From Phycisphaerae bacterium (GTDB lineage: Bacteria > Planctomycetota > Phycisphaerae > UBA1845 > Fen-1342): a stretch of DNA of 64,000 bases. The stretch covers positions 32,001-96,000 of the forward strand of contig CAXXWX010000023.1 in assembly GCA_963675745.2 (NCBI GenBank), written 5' to 3'. Positions 51,601-60,090 of this stretch are shown in pieces. How positions within the stretch are numbered: position 1 is the first letter of the stretch; every line of letters begins with the position of its first letter. Made by a program: the position numbers and the translations under genes. The notes under the pieces are model-generated. The model saw only the letters and a program-made list of their open reading frames with translations, had not been told where the DNA came from and searched no databases.

Positions 51601-51904
51601 GTATGACCGCCAGCTCGCCGGCACCGGAGCCGTCCACGCCACCTGTGGGCAGGCCCTGGGCTGACATCTCAACGCGGGCGATTCCGGTCGCCTGGCCGAA
51701 GGCGTACTCCCCGCTGATGCCGTCGTCCCAGCCGAGGAGCCAGTCCGAGCCCAGCCCATCCAGAAACACGCCGCCGCCGGTGCCCGTCACCGAATCGAAG
51801 TTCTCATCCAACGACTGGGCCGTCGTTGGCACACCACCCATGAATCCCAGCAGCAAAACGACGATTGCCACCCGCAATCTCACTCGCTGATTCCCAGCCG
51901 CCAT
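48605..51904 (-). CDS. Large secreted acidic protein with repeated CBM-like domains and a C-terminal dockerin-like domain
   Basis: AGGAG RBS; signal peptide; repeated LRIED.DG...DG.WQ.IGG.L...WG.GG.L.VDNV units; tail GDLNCDGFVNNGDIDPFV...ADINDDGFVNNGDIDPFV. Confidence 0.75.
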   Translation of the reverse strand: MAAGNQRVRLRVAIVVLLLGFMGGVPTTAQSLDENFDSVTGTGGGVFLDGLGSDWLLGWDDGISGEYAFGQATGIARVEMSAQGLPTGGVDGSGAGELAVILNSLNMIDQDFADVTGTGGGVFLAGDGVTPNVSGSTSDWDDGIEQEAAFCYTRDGAVLDGDASAQGLLAGGVGGTGAGQIDVTDVILNSGSWFAGLSWSLSGFPGGSGTLQNPGFELGLWDTVAGWDVWCDTGGSYPSVLIVTSSPQAGVQDLKVWGQAPGMDSAGVAQTLRAEPGQTWELDCWSSHHAADGIDGTTNYAEMRIEFYDGINSEPLSTTAATVLDGSSALDTWFDNTPIQLTAPAGTLTVRAVLQLVSPNADNGAVFFDTVSFGVIAGPPAFDLSDYSLTADVLGDANIPAGEAYGHYQLRIEDSDGDRLVFESISAADGTWQTIGDTLDQAIEKDSSDVPATGVFDLDSDTFKVVLLFDPDRTPTWGTGGTLSVDNVVLTNNRPDGSDYGGALIWDVPSLSVLDPRELTLAADVKGSIAGANYELRLQGYVATPNVDEDFSAITSDTEVEVAGPDDTSGTVVNWNSQIENDEVFFGTLDAVVTATGGVWVRALTSGGYGDDGSCMQIEVLDVWPDEDGYWYAGAVWREQALASANLSEVTLSAKAKGTWNEEWLQDPATYILRIEDPDGDWIGFDEVYDGTWQSIGGPLSGYTVSGFVDGSNGVFDIDTSLDYNIVIMFIGEGPPFSAYGNWGGTLTVDDVYLSPSPTPKLKEGGHVAFTGTADGSFQSVGGLVADGESTWPPEGGQFYPEWGSTLTSWDIGLEGETAFAGFGWGSSIETATVEGCATCGVGGSGGGMFNVTGIESPPGWYWAGVAWPGLALDLSNLNQVSFTADCKGIWDPNAGESAGIITLRLEDQYGKRISWDSSAVDGSFHTLGGTLNTFSAESGFDPNSPTYIATIIVFGYRTPTWGTGATVYFDNVSVSDAGGSVVSEGFETVVGPVPGFLTGMDAFAVQLSMADGMFTWGGGGSLAVDNLTFGEVSQYELGDLNCDGFVNNGDIDPFVLAVSDPGAYATAYPDCDINLADINDDGFVNNGDIDPFVALLSS

Positions 51905-52054
51905 AGTCCTGACTCCTTCTTTTCCGACTTCCGATGGCCACCGCACGACGCGGTCACCGAGAAGCGTTGCTCGTTTCCCCGCTGGTCCGGTTCCGCCGCC
52001 GACGGCGGCAACATTGGGAACCGCAGCGCCTTTTCAATCAGCTATTGCCCTGTT

Positions 52055-55000
52055 TCACTCGCCGTTCTTGCGGATCTCCAACGTGTTCAGGTAATAGAAC
52101 CCGTAGGAGTTCGTGTTTGTTGCCCCCTTGTCGATCGTGATCGTGATCGTGTCCTGGGCGTTTCCTCCCATGCCGAAAACGCCGGCGATTTGCGACTGGT
52201 TGTTGGCCGCGTCCAGCGTATCCATCGCCGGCGCATCGCCGAGCACGAGGTAGTCCGTGGTCCTGATATCCGAGGCACTCATGCGCGACGCGCAGAAGAT
52301 CAGGTCGTAGCTCGCCGTCGGATCGAGACCCGACAGCACGATGCGCGCGACCGGAAACGTCCCGCCACCGAATTCGACATCATTGCCAAACAGCGAATCC
52401 TGCAACGCCGTCACGGGATACTGCAACAAGTCCATATCGCTGCCCGGTGTCGGGCTGGTCGTGCCGTTGGTGTTGGTCCCGTTGAAACGAAGCGACGAAT
52501 CGATCGTCAACGTGATCCCGCTGGAAACCCCCGCAACCGTGTCCAGCGCATGGACACTGAGCATGTTGTCCGTGTGTACGTTGTTCCAATACCGCGGTGC
52601 GCCGCCGGTCTGAATCGTGGGGCTGCCAAAGTCGACCAGAACGGTCTCGTCGGAAGCGGTAGGCGTCACGGCCAGGAACACGTCGAGCGTGCCGTCCACG
52701 TAACCCAACGCCGACGCCGTTACGGTCGCCGAGTAGCTGCCAACCGCCAAACCGGTGGCGTCCACATCGAACGTGATCGGCGTACGGGCGGGCCACAAGG
52801 CCGGCAGGCTCAGCCAGGTCGGGGCAACCAGCGTGTCGTTGTCGATCGCCGCCAGGTCCACCGTCGGCGTGCTCGCATCGCCGGCCACAACAGTGGACGC
52901 ATCCTGGTCGGTCGCGTCCTGAACCACGACGAACGCCAGTTCGTCCGGCTGAAACTCCAGTTCCGGCGGCGGAGGCACGTACGCGGCCTGGAATTGGGCG
53001 AAGTCGGGCAGATCCACGTCGCCGTCGCCGTTGGAGTCAACGGTGCAACAAAGGCCGCTGTAGGCGGGCGGCTCGCACAAAGCTGTCAGGCACGGGCCCG
53101 TCATACACTCGTCCGACGTCGCGGGAGCGTTCGCCGGAACGCTGACACTCACGTTGTCGAAAATGACGAACGCGCTGCCCGTCGTGTTCTGGCCGGCGTC
53201 GTGATCGAACAAGCCCAGCATGATGTTGCCGAAGTCAAAGCCCGACGCGTTCACCTTTTCATAGACGACGGTGCCATTGAGCTTCCAGGTGACCACGCCG
53301 TCCCGCTGAGTGATCTCTCCCTCGACCCATTGACGGCCTGGAGCGCCCGCCTGCGAGTTGCCGACCGGGTCGCCGCCGACACTGGGAAAAAGGTCGAGCA
53401 GCAGCGGCTGGGCCTCGTCCCAGTGCATCACCGGAAGCCGCGTCGGCGAATTGCCATCGTTCCCGTAAAAGGCGTTGTAGTCCTTGATCGTGCCGTCGGT
53501 CGGGTAAATGCCGGCGGAGAGGCCGCCGTCGCCGGAGACGGCAAAGAAGACGCCGTCGGTGTCGGACGTGACCTCCGCCGACCCGATGAGCTTGGACGCG
53601 CCGTGGTTGATGCCGATGCACGCGTGCTCCGTCGATTCCGGCGAGTCCCAGCTTATGTACATGTCCCAGCGTAAGGTGAAGTCGCCATCGAAGGCATAGC
53701 CGGTGGGGTAGGCGCATATGCCCGACGGTGCCGCGGGCCCCGCCGTTGTGTTGGCCTCCATTCTCATTCCAAGCGTTGTGCCCCCTTGAGTATTCGGCGC
53801 GCTCGGGATTGACGCGGTGCTGTAGTCGAAACTGAAGACGGCCAGGTCACCGCTGCCGCCCGCCACGATCGTCCAGTTCGACGACGTATCGGTATCGAAA
53901 TCGTCCGACCACACCGTGGTCGGAATCTGCCCGCACTCATCGGGAACAGTGTCGGCGTCACAATCCTCGCTCGTGCCGAGGCTGATGTCGCAGTCGTCGG
54001 GAACTCCGTTGCCGTTGCAGTCCGGTTCGCGGTCGTCCGGCACGCAGTTCGAATTGCAGTCTGTCCCGGTAAACCCGCAGGGATAGGGAATCACCGCGTC
54101 GGCATACGCCTGAAGCTCAGCCGCCTCCGGTTCGGTCAGGCTGCCCAGCACCTTGGGCAGTCCGACAACACTTTCGTTGTATATCGTGCCATAAATGACC
54201 AACGCGGCCAGATAGGTTCCGCGCGAGTTGGCGTGATAGAGATCGGTAGCGTGAAGATTGTCCCACTCCGTGTCCTCAAAGGCATCGCCCACCGGCGCGA
54301 CAACCGCGCGATCGGCCGCGAGCGTGATGTCAACGTCCTGCTCGGCCTGCCGGTAGCCATCCCTCAGTTCCTCCTGCATCTGCGCGGGACCGTCCGGAAA
54401 CGACGGGGGAGACCCGGTGTACACGCTGTGTCCCGGCGCGCGGGCCCACGTCTCGTACAGGATGGCGCCGGCGGCGGGACTATGGCTGCGGACCTCGCCA
54501 TACAAGGCGGCCAGGTCGGTGCGGAATGTGTTGAGCTCTCCGATGTGAGTGGGACGCGTCGAATACCCCTGGAGAACGACAAAGTCCCACTGATACCCCG
54601 GCTCGGGGACAAAGTCCTGCGGGCTGCTGATGACGGCCAGGTTGTTGGCCAGGTGCCAGCTTAGTGTCTGACCGCTGACGGCGGCGTTCTCGATGTTGGG
54701 GGCCGCGTGACCGGCGGCGACCGCCAGCTCGCCGACGACGCCCGGCACGCCTCCGGCCGCCTGCGCCTCCGTCGAGCCCGACCCCAGCGTGAAGCTGTTG
54801 CCGTAGAACAGGATGGTCAGTGGATCATCCGCCCGAGCCGCGACCGGCAGAGTAACCAGGAGCATTACCCCGAACACCAGCACCAGATGGGTCGCGCCAC
54901 ATCGCGTGATGAGACGCCCCCCTCCGCTGCTGCGCCACTCGTTACACACGCGGCACCTCCGCCTTTCGAAACCGGTCCCGCGACGCAAGGCGGCGGCCAT
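52055..55000 (-). CDS. Multidomain secreted protein: SGNH-like esterase, DCN repeats, lectin-like domain, internal dockerin-like module, C-terminal beta domain
   Basis: LFYGNSFT...VVLQ...DLYH (SGNH-like); DCNSNCVPD/DCNGNGVPDDCD; CMTGP...DSNGDGDVDLPDFAQFQ; start codon uncertain. Confidence 0.75.
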   Translation of the reverse strand: MAAALRRGTGFERRRCRVCNEWRSSGGGRLITRCGATHLVLVFGVMLLVTLPVAARADDPLTILFYGNSFTLGSGSTEAQAAGGVPGVVGELAVAAGHAAPNIENAAVSGQTLSWHLANNLAVISSPQDFVPEPGYQWDFVVLQGYSTRPTHIGELNTFRTDLAALYGEVRSHSPAAGAILYETWARAPGHSVYTGSPPSFPDGPAQMQEELRDGYRQAEQDVDITLAADRAVVAPVGDAFEDTEWDNLHATDLYHANSRGTYLAALVIYGTIYNESVVGLPKVLGSLTEPEAAELQAYADAVIPYPCGFTGTDCNSNCVPDDREPDCNGNGVPDDCDISLGTSEDCDADTVPDECGQIPTTVWSDDFDTDTSSNWTIVAGGSGDLAVFSFDYSTASIPSAPNTQGGTTLGMRMEANTTAGPAAPSGICAYPTGYAFDGDFTLRWDMYISWDSPESTEHACIGINHGASKLIGSAEVTSDTDGVFFAVSGDGGLSAGIYPTDGTIKDYNAFYGNDGNSPTRLPVMHWDEAQPLLLDLFPSVGGDPVGNSQAGAPGRQWVEGEITQRDGVVTWKLNGTVVYEKVNASGFDFGNIMLGLFDHDAGQNTTGSAFVIFDNVSVSVPANAPATSDECMTGPCLTALCEPPAYSGLCCTVDSNGDGDVDLPDFAQFQAAYVPPPPELEFQPDELAFVVVQDATDQDASTVVAGDASTPTVDLAAIDNDTLVAPTWLSLPALWPARTPITFDVDATGLAVGSYSATVTASALGYVDGTLDVFLAVTPTASDETVLVDFGSPTIQTGGAPRYWNNVHTDNMLSVHALDTVAGVSSGITLTIDSSLRFNGTNTNGTTSPTPGSDMDLLQYPVTALQDSLFGNDVEFGGGTFPVARIVLSGLDPTASYDLIFCASRMSASDIRTTDYLVLGDAPAMDTLDAANNQSQIAGVFGMGGNAQDTITITIDKGATNTNSYGFYYLNTLEIRKNGE

Positions 55001-55264
55001 CCGCCGTCATGCGAGGCTCTCTACACTCGGTGCGTTCTCGTTTGTCGGATAGCTTCCGGCTACATTGTCCCACGATCCAATATACTGCCGCGCGCCCTCA
55101 ATCCTGCAGGCCAATCCGCGGTTCACGCCCTGTGGTGCGGCAAGGCGACGACACCAGGCCACGGCCGCTGTCGCTGTCGCTGCCCGCCAGGCCAGACCCG
55201 TTCGTCAACGCCGCTCAGCAACCTGCGCCCTCAATTACTATGAGACCTTTCACGCACAACCGGC

Positions 55265-56164
55265 TCACCGCCGCCGACGGAGCGTCACAATCCCGCCGGC
55301 AAGCATGAGCAGCCCGATTGACGGCTCGGGGACAATGAACTGATCCGCCACGCCGGCGAGATAGTCGCCGTAGGGTGCTGGCATACCCAGGCTGTCCAGC
55401 ACGTCCGTCAGATCGAGGTCGCTTACGTCGTCCTGGTAGATCGTTCCGTAGATGACCAGTGACGCGAGCAGCGTGCCGCGGTTGTTCGCGTGATAAAGGT
55501 CCGATGCGTGCAGGTTACTCCAGTCGGTGTACTCCCAGGCATCACCCACTGGGGCCACGCGCGAGGTCTCCGCACCGGCCAGCGCGTTGACATCCGCCGT
55601 TGATAAGGCGTAGCCGTCCCGCAGCTCCTGCTGCATCTGGGCTGGTCCACCCGGGAATTCCGGCGGACTCCCGTCGTAGATCTCGTGCCCCGGCGCTCTG
55701 GCCCAGGTCTCGAATCCGATCACCTGCGCGTCCGGGCTGTGGGCCGCGACCGTCTGGTACATTGAAACGAAGTCAGCCCGATGCGCCGCCAGGTCGCCGA
55801 TGTGCGTGGGTCGCGTCGAGTAGTCCTGCAGGATGACGTAGTCCCATGTCTGCCCGGCGGGGATTCCCGACGAGATCACGTCGGTGTTGCTCGCCAGATG
55901 GTCCGCCAGACTCCAGCCCCCCACCGCCGCGGTCACCACATACGGATCAGGCTGGCCGGCCGCCACGGCGATGTCATTCACCAGGTCGGGCACGCTCCGC
56001 GTGCTCCACGAGCCAAGCGTGAAGCTGTTGCCATAGAACAAGAGGTTCTCATCGGCGTTGGCCGGGGCGGACAATGCGAGCATCGTCAACAGGACGATCG
56101 CCGGGCCTGTCAGGATTGCTCGCGCTTGGTCGCCGTGCCGACGAGCCTTCGCGTCTCGAGCCAT
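55265..56164 (-). CDS. SGNH-like hydrolase with PEP-CTERM anchor
   Basis: LFYGNSFT, WDYVILQDYS, ETWAR, DLYHAN; VPEPSIGLLMLAGGIVTLRRRR; GGAGG RBS. Confidence 0.85.
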   Translation of the reverse strand: MARDAKARRHGDQARAILTGPAIVLLTMLALSAPANADENLLFYGNSFTLGSWSTRSVPDLVNDIAVAAGQPDPYVVTAAVGGWSLADHLASNTDVISSGIPAGQTWDYVILQDYSTRPTHIGDLAAHRADFVSMYQTVAAHSPDAQVIGFETWARAPGHEIYDGSPPEFPGGPAQMQQELRDGYALSTADVNALAGAETSRVAPVGDAWEYTDWSNLHASDLYHANNRGTLLASLVIYGTIYQDDVSDLDLTDVLDSLGMPAPYGDYLAGVADQFIVPEPSIGLLMLAGGIVTLRRRR

Positions 56165-56277
56165 GATTGCCTCCGCCCGCGAGCCGCTTCCGCTGCCAGG
56201 GACTCCCCGAGGTCCGTGCAAACATCGCACGGACCTTTACCCTGCAACAATCCCACGGACATCTGAGCGACGTTTGT

Positions 56278-56973
56278 CTAACGCCGACGCAGAACGACTG
56301 CGGCGCCACCAATCACGAGCAGCATCAGCGAAGTCGGCTCCGGGACGACATCCATCTTCATCGCGCCCCAGTAGTAGAAGCCCAGGCTGTTGTTGTTGTT
56401 CGGGCCGGGCTGCGCCTGGATCACGATCTCGCCGGCCGGCGTGGGGCTGATGCCGCCGATGAACGCGATCTCGCTCACGTTGCCCACCGAATTCAGATAG
56501 TCGGTTCCGCTGTTGAGCCCGAGGACGTCGTACTGCGCCTCGCGGTTGTCGCTGGCCCCGAGTCGCGCTGCGAAGATCGAGAAATCGTAGGTGAAAGCGG
56601 GGTCCAATCCTGTGAGCGTAACACCCATCGTCGGCTGGGTCTGACCATACCAGTCCCCGGTGCAGCCGTAGAGGCTGTCGCGCGTGGCCTGCGGGTCGAA
56701 CATCGCCGCATCACCGGACGGCGACTGCGTGCCGTTGTTGTTGGCTGAGGTCGTGTAAAACGCGTCGTGAACCGTCAGCCCGATTCCGGTCAACGCTCCG
56801 CTGTCGTTTATGCAGTCGGCGATCGGGTTCTGGTGCCAGTCGAGGTTGTTGTAGTTGCCGCCGGTGGGATAGGGCTCATCGCCGAAATCGAAGTAGAGCG
56901 ACTCCGCCATCGCCGGAGTTGCCATCCCTAACACGCACGCCACCAACACCACACTCGCTACTCCACGGTACAT
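56278..56973 (-). CDS. PEP-CTERM surface protein
   Basis: GGAGGAG RBS; signal peptide ..TPAMA-ES; VPEPTSLMLLVIGGAAVVLRRR. Confidence 0.88.
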   Translation of the reverse strand: MYRGVASVVLVACVLGMATPAMAESLYFDFGDEPYPTGGNYNNLDWHQNPIADCINDSGALTGIGLTVHDAFYTTSANNNGTQSPSGDAAMFDPQATRDSLYGCTGDWYGQTQPTMGVTLTGLDPAFTYDFSIFAARLGASDNREAQYDVLGLNSGTDYLNSVGNVSEIAFIGGISPTPAGEIVIQAQPGPNNNNSLGFYYWGAMKMDVVPEPTSLMLLVIGGAAVVLRRR

Positions 56974-57118
56974 GTCTGTCTCCTCCTCCAAACGTTGGTT
57001 AAACGCCATGCCGCCGCCCACCGGCTTCCCACGAGCAACCTCGATGACCGGCTGGGCAACAGCGACACGGCAACGACCACGCCTCCTGATCGGCGCGAGA
57101 TGAACAAGTAACACTCAC

Positions 57119-57161
57119 CGTTACAGTTGCGGATCATAACCGATTCGGACATACGATGCAA
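57119..57161 (-). promoter_or_regulatory. Sigma70-type promoter of the PEP-CTERM operon with a downstream TGTAACG site
   Basis: Minus strand TTGCAT(57161-57156)-N17-TATGAT(57138-57133); TGTAACG at 57125-57119. Confidence 0.55.
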
Positions 57162-57639
57162 TGCAATTCGCCACGAATCCGGTGGCGGATCGCCGGGCCC
57201 GGCTAAGCCCTTGACGGCGCGCATTTCTCTCTCAGACAACCGGTTAGGAGACCGGCGTGCGGCGTGACAATCCAAGGCGCGAGAATCCACCCGGATTTTT
57301 GCCAGTATGTACTCGGCCGCGACCTGCGAAACAGGCGGCCATGCGCGGCATTACCGAAGCCCAACCCCGACGCCGCTCGACCAAACGCCGTCCGTACCAT
57401 TCGCGCCCGTCTCGAAGCTGGAATAGGCTGTTTTCAACGCATCAAACCGCCATCGGCCTCGCGCGCAAAACGCCCCCTCGTCGCTGCGCAAACATGCGTT
57501 GCGCTCGCGGGCGAACCGAGCCCGCCAGCGTACCACCGACCCCCGCTTCCAGCGTGGCACCAGCCGGGCACCGAGCGACGCCTGACCGATGCACGGTTCC
57601 ATTGCCACCCTTCGGGCGGTAAAATTACGAACCTGCCCA

Positions 57640-57673
57640 TTGACGCGGGCTTCCGATTTACGTTAATGTAACG
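57640..57673 (+). promoter_or_regulatory. Sigma70-type promoter of the LacI operon with an overlapping TGTAACG site
   Basis: TTGACG(57640)-N18-TAATGT(57664); near-palindrome TTACGTTAATGTAA 57658-57671; TGTAACG 57667-57673. Confidence 0.5.
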
Positions 57674-57759
57674 TGTACCGTATCAGTCACGCCGGCTCGT
57701 AACGATAAGCGGAACACACCGCCTGTCCGTCCGGCGTGGAGTGGAGGTGAGTGCATACA

Positions 57760-58818
57760 ATGGCCTCTGTACGAAAAATCGCGGATCAGGCTGGCGTGTC
57801 GATCGCGACCGTCTCGCGCGCTCTTCACAACGAACGCGGCATCAGTCCCGACACTCGGAGGCGAATTCTGGCAATCGCAAACAGGTCTGGATACTTCCGT
57901 TCAGCGCCCCAGCGCAGTACCTCGCTGGTGGGCTTCGTCTATATCGGCCCGCAGACGCTTTCCCATCCCTTTGATGCCGCCGTGCTCGACGGACTCTCCA
58001 AGGGTTTGCGGCCTGACGGCTATGACCTCGTCATTCTCAATCCGCAGCGGCGCCGCCGGTCGGCCATGGAGTTTGCGCAACTCATCTGCCGATCAAACGT
58101 GCAGGGTGTTGTGCTGCGCACGATGTCCGAGTCGCGCGACGTCTGCGCCGCGATGGCCGAGATCGGCTTTCCCCACGTCGTGATCTCGGAGCGCTTCGAA
58201 TTCGACGAGGGCGTCAGCTACGTGGACTCGGACTCACACGCCGCCAGCATGCAGGCCACCGAGTACCTGATCTCGCTGGGCCATCGCCGCATCGCCTTTG
58301 CCACGCACAACGTGGCGGACCACGATCACATGGACCGCTACGACGGGTATACCGAGGCCCTCGCGAAGCACGGCTTGAGCGTCGATGAGAACCTGGTGTT
58401 CCAGCACCCGGCGGACGTGGCGGGTGGCGCTACGGTGCTGAAGATGGCGATGAGCATGAAGGACCGGCCCACGGCCATCTATCTGGCGGACTGGCTGCTG
58501 GCGATTGGTGCGTTGAAGGCGGCTCATTCGATGCGCATACGCGTGCCGGAAGAGCTCTCAATTGTGGGCGTCGACGATGCGGAATTGAGGCACACGGTCC
58601 ATCCGACGCTGACCGCGGTGTGCCAGAACGCCTTCGATCTTGGGGCGCGGGCCGGACAGGCGCTCGGAAGATCTCTGGCCGGGCAGGCCTCAACGCCCCT
58701 GAGAATCTCGCTTCCCGGATACTTCGAGATCAACGAATCAACCGGGCCGCCGCGGCGCACCGAGGACAACCCGCGCGGGCCCGGCAACGAAGGCAACGGC
58801 GGTTCACAGCGGTTCTGA
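57760..58818 (+). CDS. LacI family transcriptional regulator
   Basis: SVRKIADQAGVSIATVSRAL HTH; LGHRRIA, RPTAIY, VPEELSIVGVDD, PTLTAV; GGAGGTG RBS. Confidence 0.95.
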   Translation: MASVRKIADQAGVSIATVSRALHNERGISPDTRRRILAIANRSGYFRSAPQRSTSLVGFVYIGPQTLSHPFDAAVLDGLSKGLRPDGYDLVILNPQRRRRSAMEFAQLICRSNVQGVVLRTMSESRDVCAAMAEIGFPHVVISERFEFDEGVSYVDSDSHAASMQATEYLISLGHRRIAFATHNVADHDHMDRYDGYTEALAKHGLSVDENLVFQHPADVAGGATVLKMAMSMKDRPTAIYLADWLLAIGALKAAHSMRIRVPEELSIVGVDDAELRHTVHPTLTAVCQNAFDLGARAGQALGRSLAGQASTPLRISLPGYFEINESTGPPRRTEDNPRGPGNEGNGGSQRF

Positions 58819-58843
58819 ACGTGGGAACACGGAGCGATGTATC

Positions 58844-59950
58844 ATGCGTACTTCATGGTCTACCGGGTCAAGCGGATGCTGCCGCCGGGCCTGGGCATTC
58901 ACGCTGATTGAACTACTGGTTGTCGTAGCGATCATCGCCCTGCTCATCAGCATCCTCCTGCCATCGCTGTCGATGGCGCGCCAACAGGTGAAGGCGACCG
59001 TGTGTCTGTCCAATATGCGCAGCATGGGGCAGATGATCCACGCCTTCGCGACCGAGCGGGATGGGCGGTTTCAGATCGTCGCGACGGCCAACGGGCTGCT
59101 CAAGGCTGACCCGGACAAAGGAAAGTACATGTATGACGACGACGGGGAGCTGCTCGCCTGGCCCGTCGCCCTGATGCGAAACGACGGCAACATCTGCCGT
59201 AGTAACCGGGACTGGGGTGTCCGCGCCGAGCGAACCGACGCGATGGCCAAACGCGGCCGCATGAGCAAGCAGTTCCCGGTCGCCGTGTGTCCAGCAGACA
59301 AGGTGCAGGTCGCCACGCCGTACTTCCCGCGCGGCCAGGCACTGGTGGGATACGATCCGAACGGCGTCTCGGGCCCCAACGTCTCCTACTGGGGGCGTCT
59401 GAGCTACGGGTTGAACGAAGACATTGCGGGCGTTGAGGACGCGAGCACAATGGTGCGCTGGCCGGCGTGCTGGCGCTCCACGTACCAGAATGGGGAGTGC
59501 TACGAGTGCGTCGGCGGCGTTCTCTACGGCCCAAGCAGCCCTTGCTTCCGTGCGAAAGGAGAGCGGCTGCGCGGCGAACTCGACAAGGTTTACCGGCCGG
59601 GGACGGTGGCGCTGCTGATTGACGCCGGGCCAAACAACGGCGCTGCTCCGGGCATGACCGGGGGTATGGCGGACGACGCCAACCTGTTCAATAGTTGGCA
59701 ATACAATGCCCCCAGCTCCGACGCAGAGGGGCCATACCTGGGCAACTGTGTACAGTTCATGGGTCCGCGAATCCCAACCAACCGGCATCCGGACGGGAGG
59801 GTCAACATCCTGTATGCCGATTGTCATGGTGAGTGGGCCAAGCCGGTTGGTGAGTGGTCAGCCCCGCGCGGGACCTGGCCGGCTTTGCCCAAACGCTATA
59901 CACCACGGGTGCGGGTCTCGCCGTACAGCGACGGCGGTGCGCAGCCCTAA
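58844..59950 (+). CDS. Prepilin-type N-terminal cleavage/methylation protein (DUF1559-like)
   Basis: [27 protein letters not shown]...CLSNMR; CPAD; SYGLN; RHPDGRVNILYADCH (variant H-X9-DG). Confidence 0.88.
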   Translation: MRTSWSTGSSGCCRRAWAFTLIELLVVVAIIALLISILLPSLSMARQQVKATVCLSNMRSMGQMIHAFATERDGRFQIVATANGLLKADPDKGKYMYDDDGELLAWPVALMRNDGNICRSNRDWGVRAERTDAMAKRGRMSKQFPVAVCPADKVQVATPYFPRGQALVGYDPNGVSGPNVSYWGRLSYGLNEDIAGVEDASTMVRWPACWRSTYQNGECYECVGGVLYGPSSPCFRAKGERLRGELDKVYRPGTVALLIDAGPNNGAAPGMTGGMADDANLFNSWQYNAPSSDAEGPYLGNCVQFMGPRIPTNRHPDGRVNILYADCHGEWAKPVGEWSAPRGTWPALPKRYTPRVRVSPYSDGGAQP

Positions 59951-60090
59951 GCCCTGGGCACGACCGACGATATCAACGGGGTGCAAGGCGGCCAACGCTC
60001 GCAGGACCCGGGCGTTTTCGGGAACGAACCGTGCGGCTGTCCACCCGACCGCGCCGACGGCCCGGCGCCGCTCATACGGAGCATCGACAC

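Noticed and set aside
57170..57630. Riboswitch in the long divergent intergenic region
   Set aside because: No cobalamin, TPP, SAM, FMN or c-di-GMP consensus recognised by eye; an Rfam scan would be needed to exclude one.
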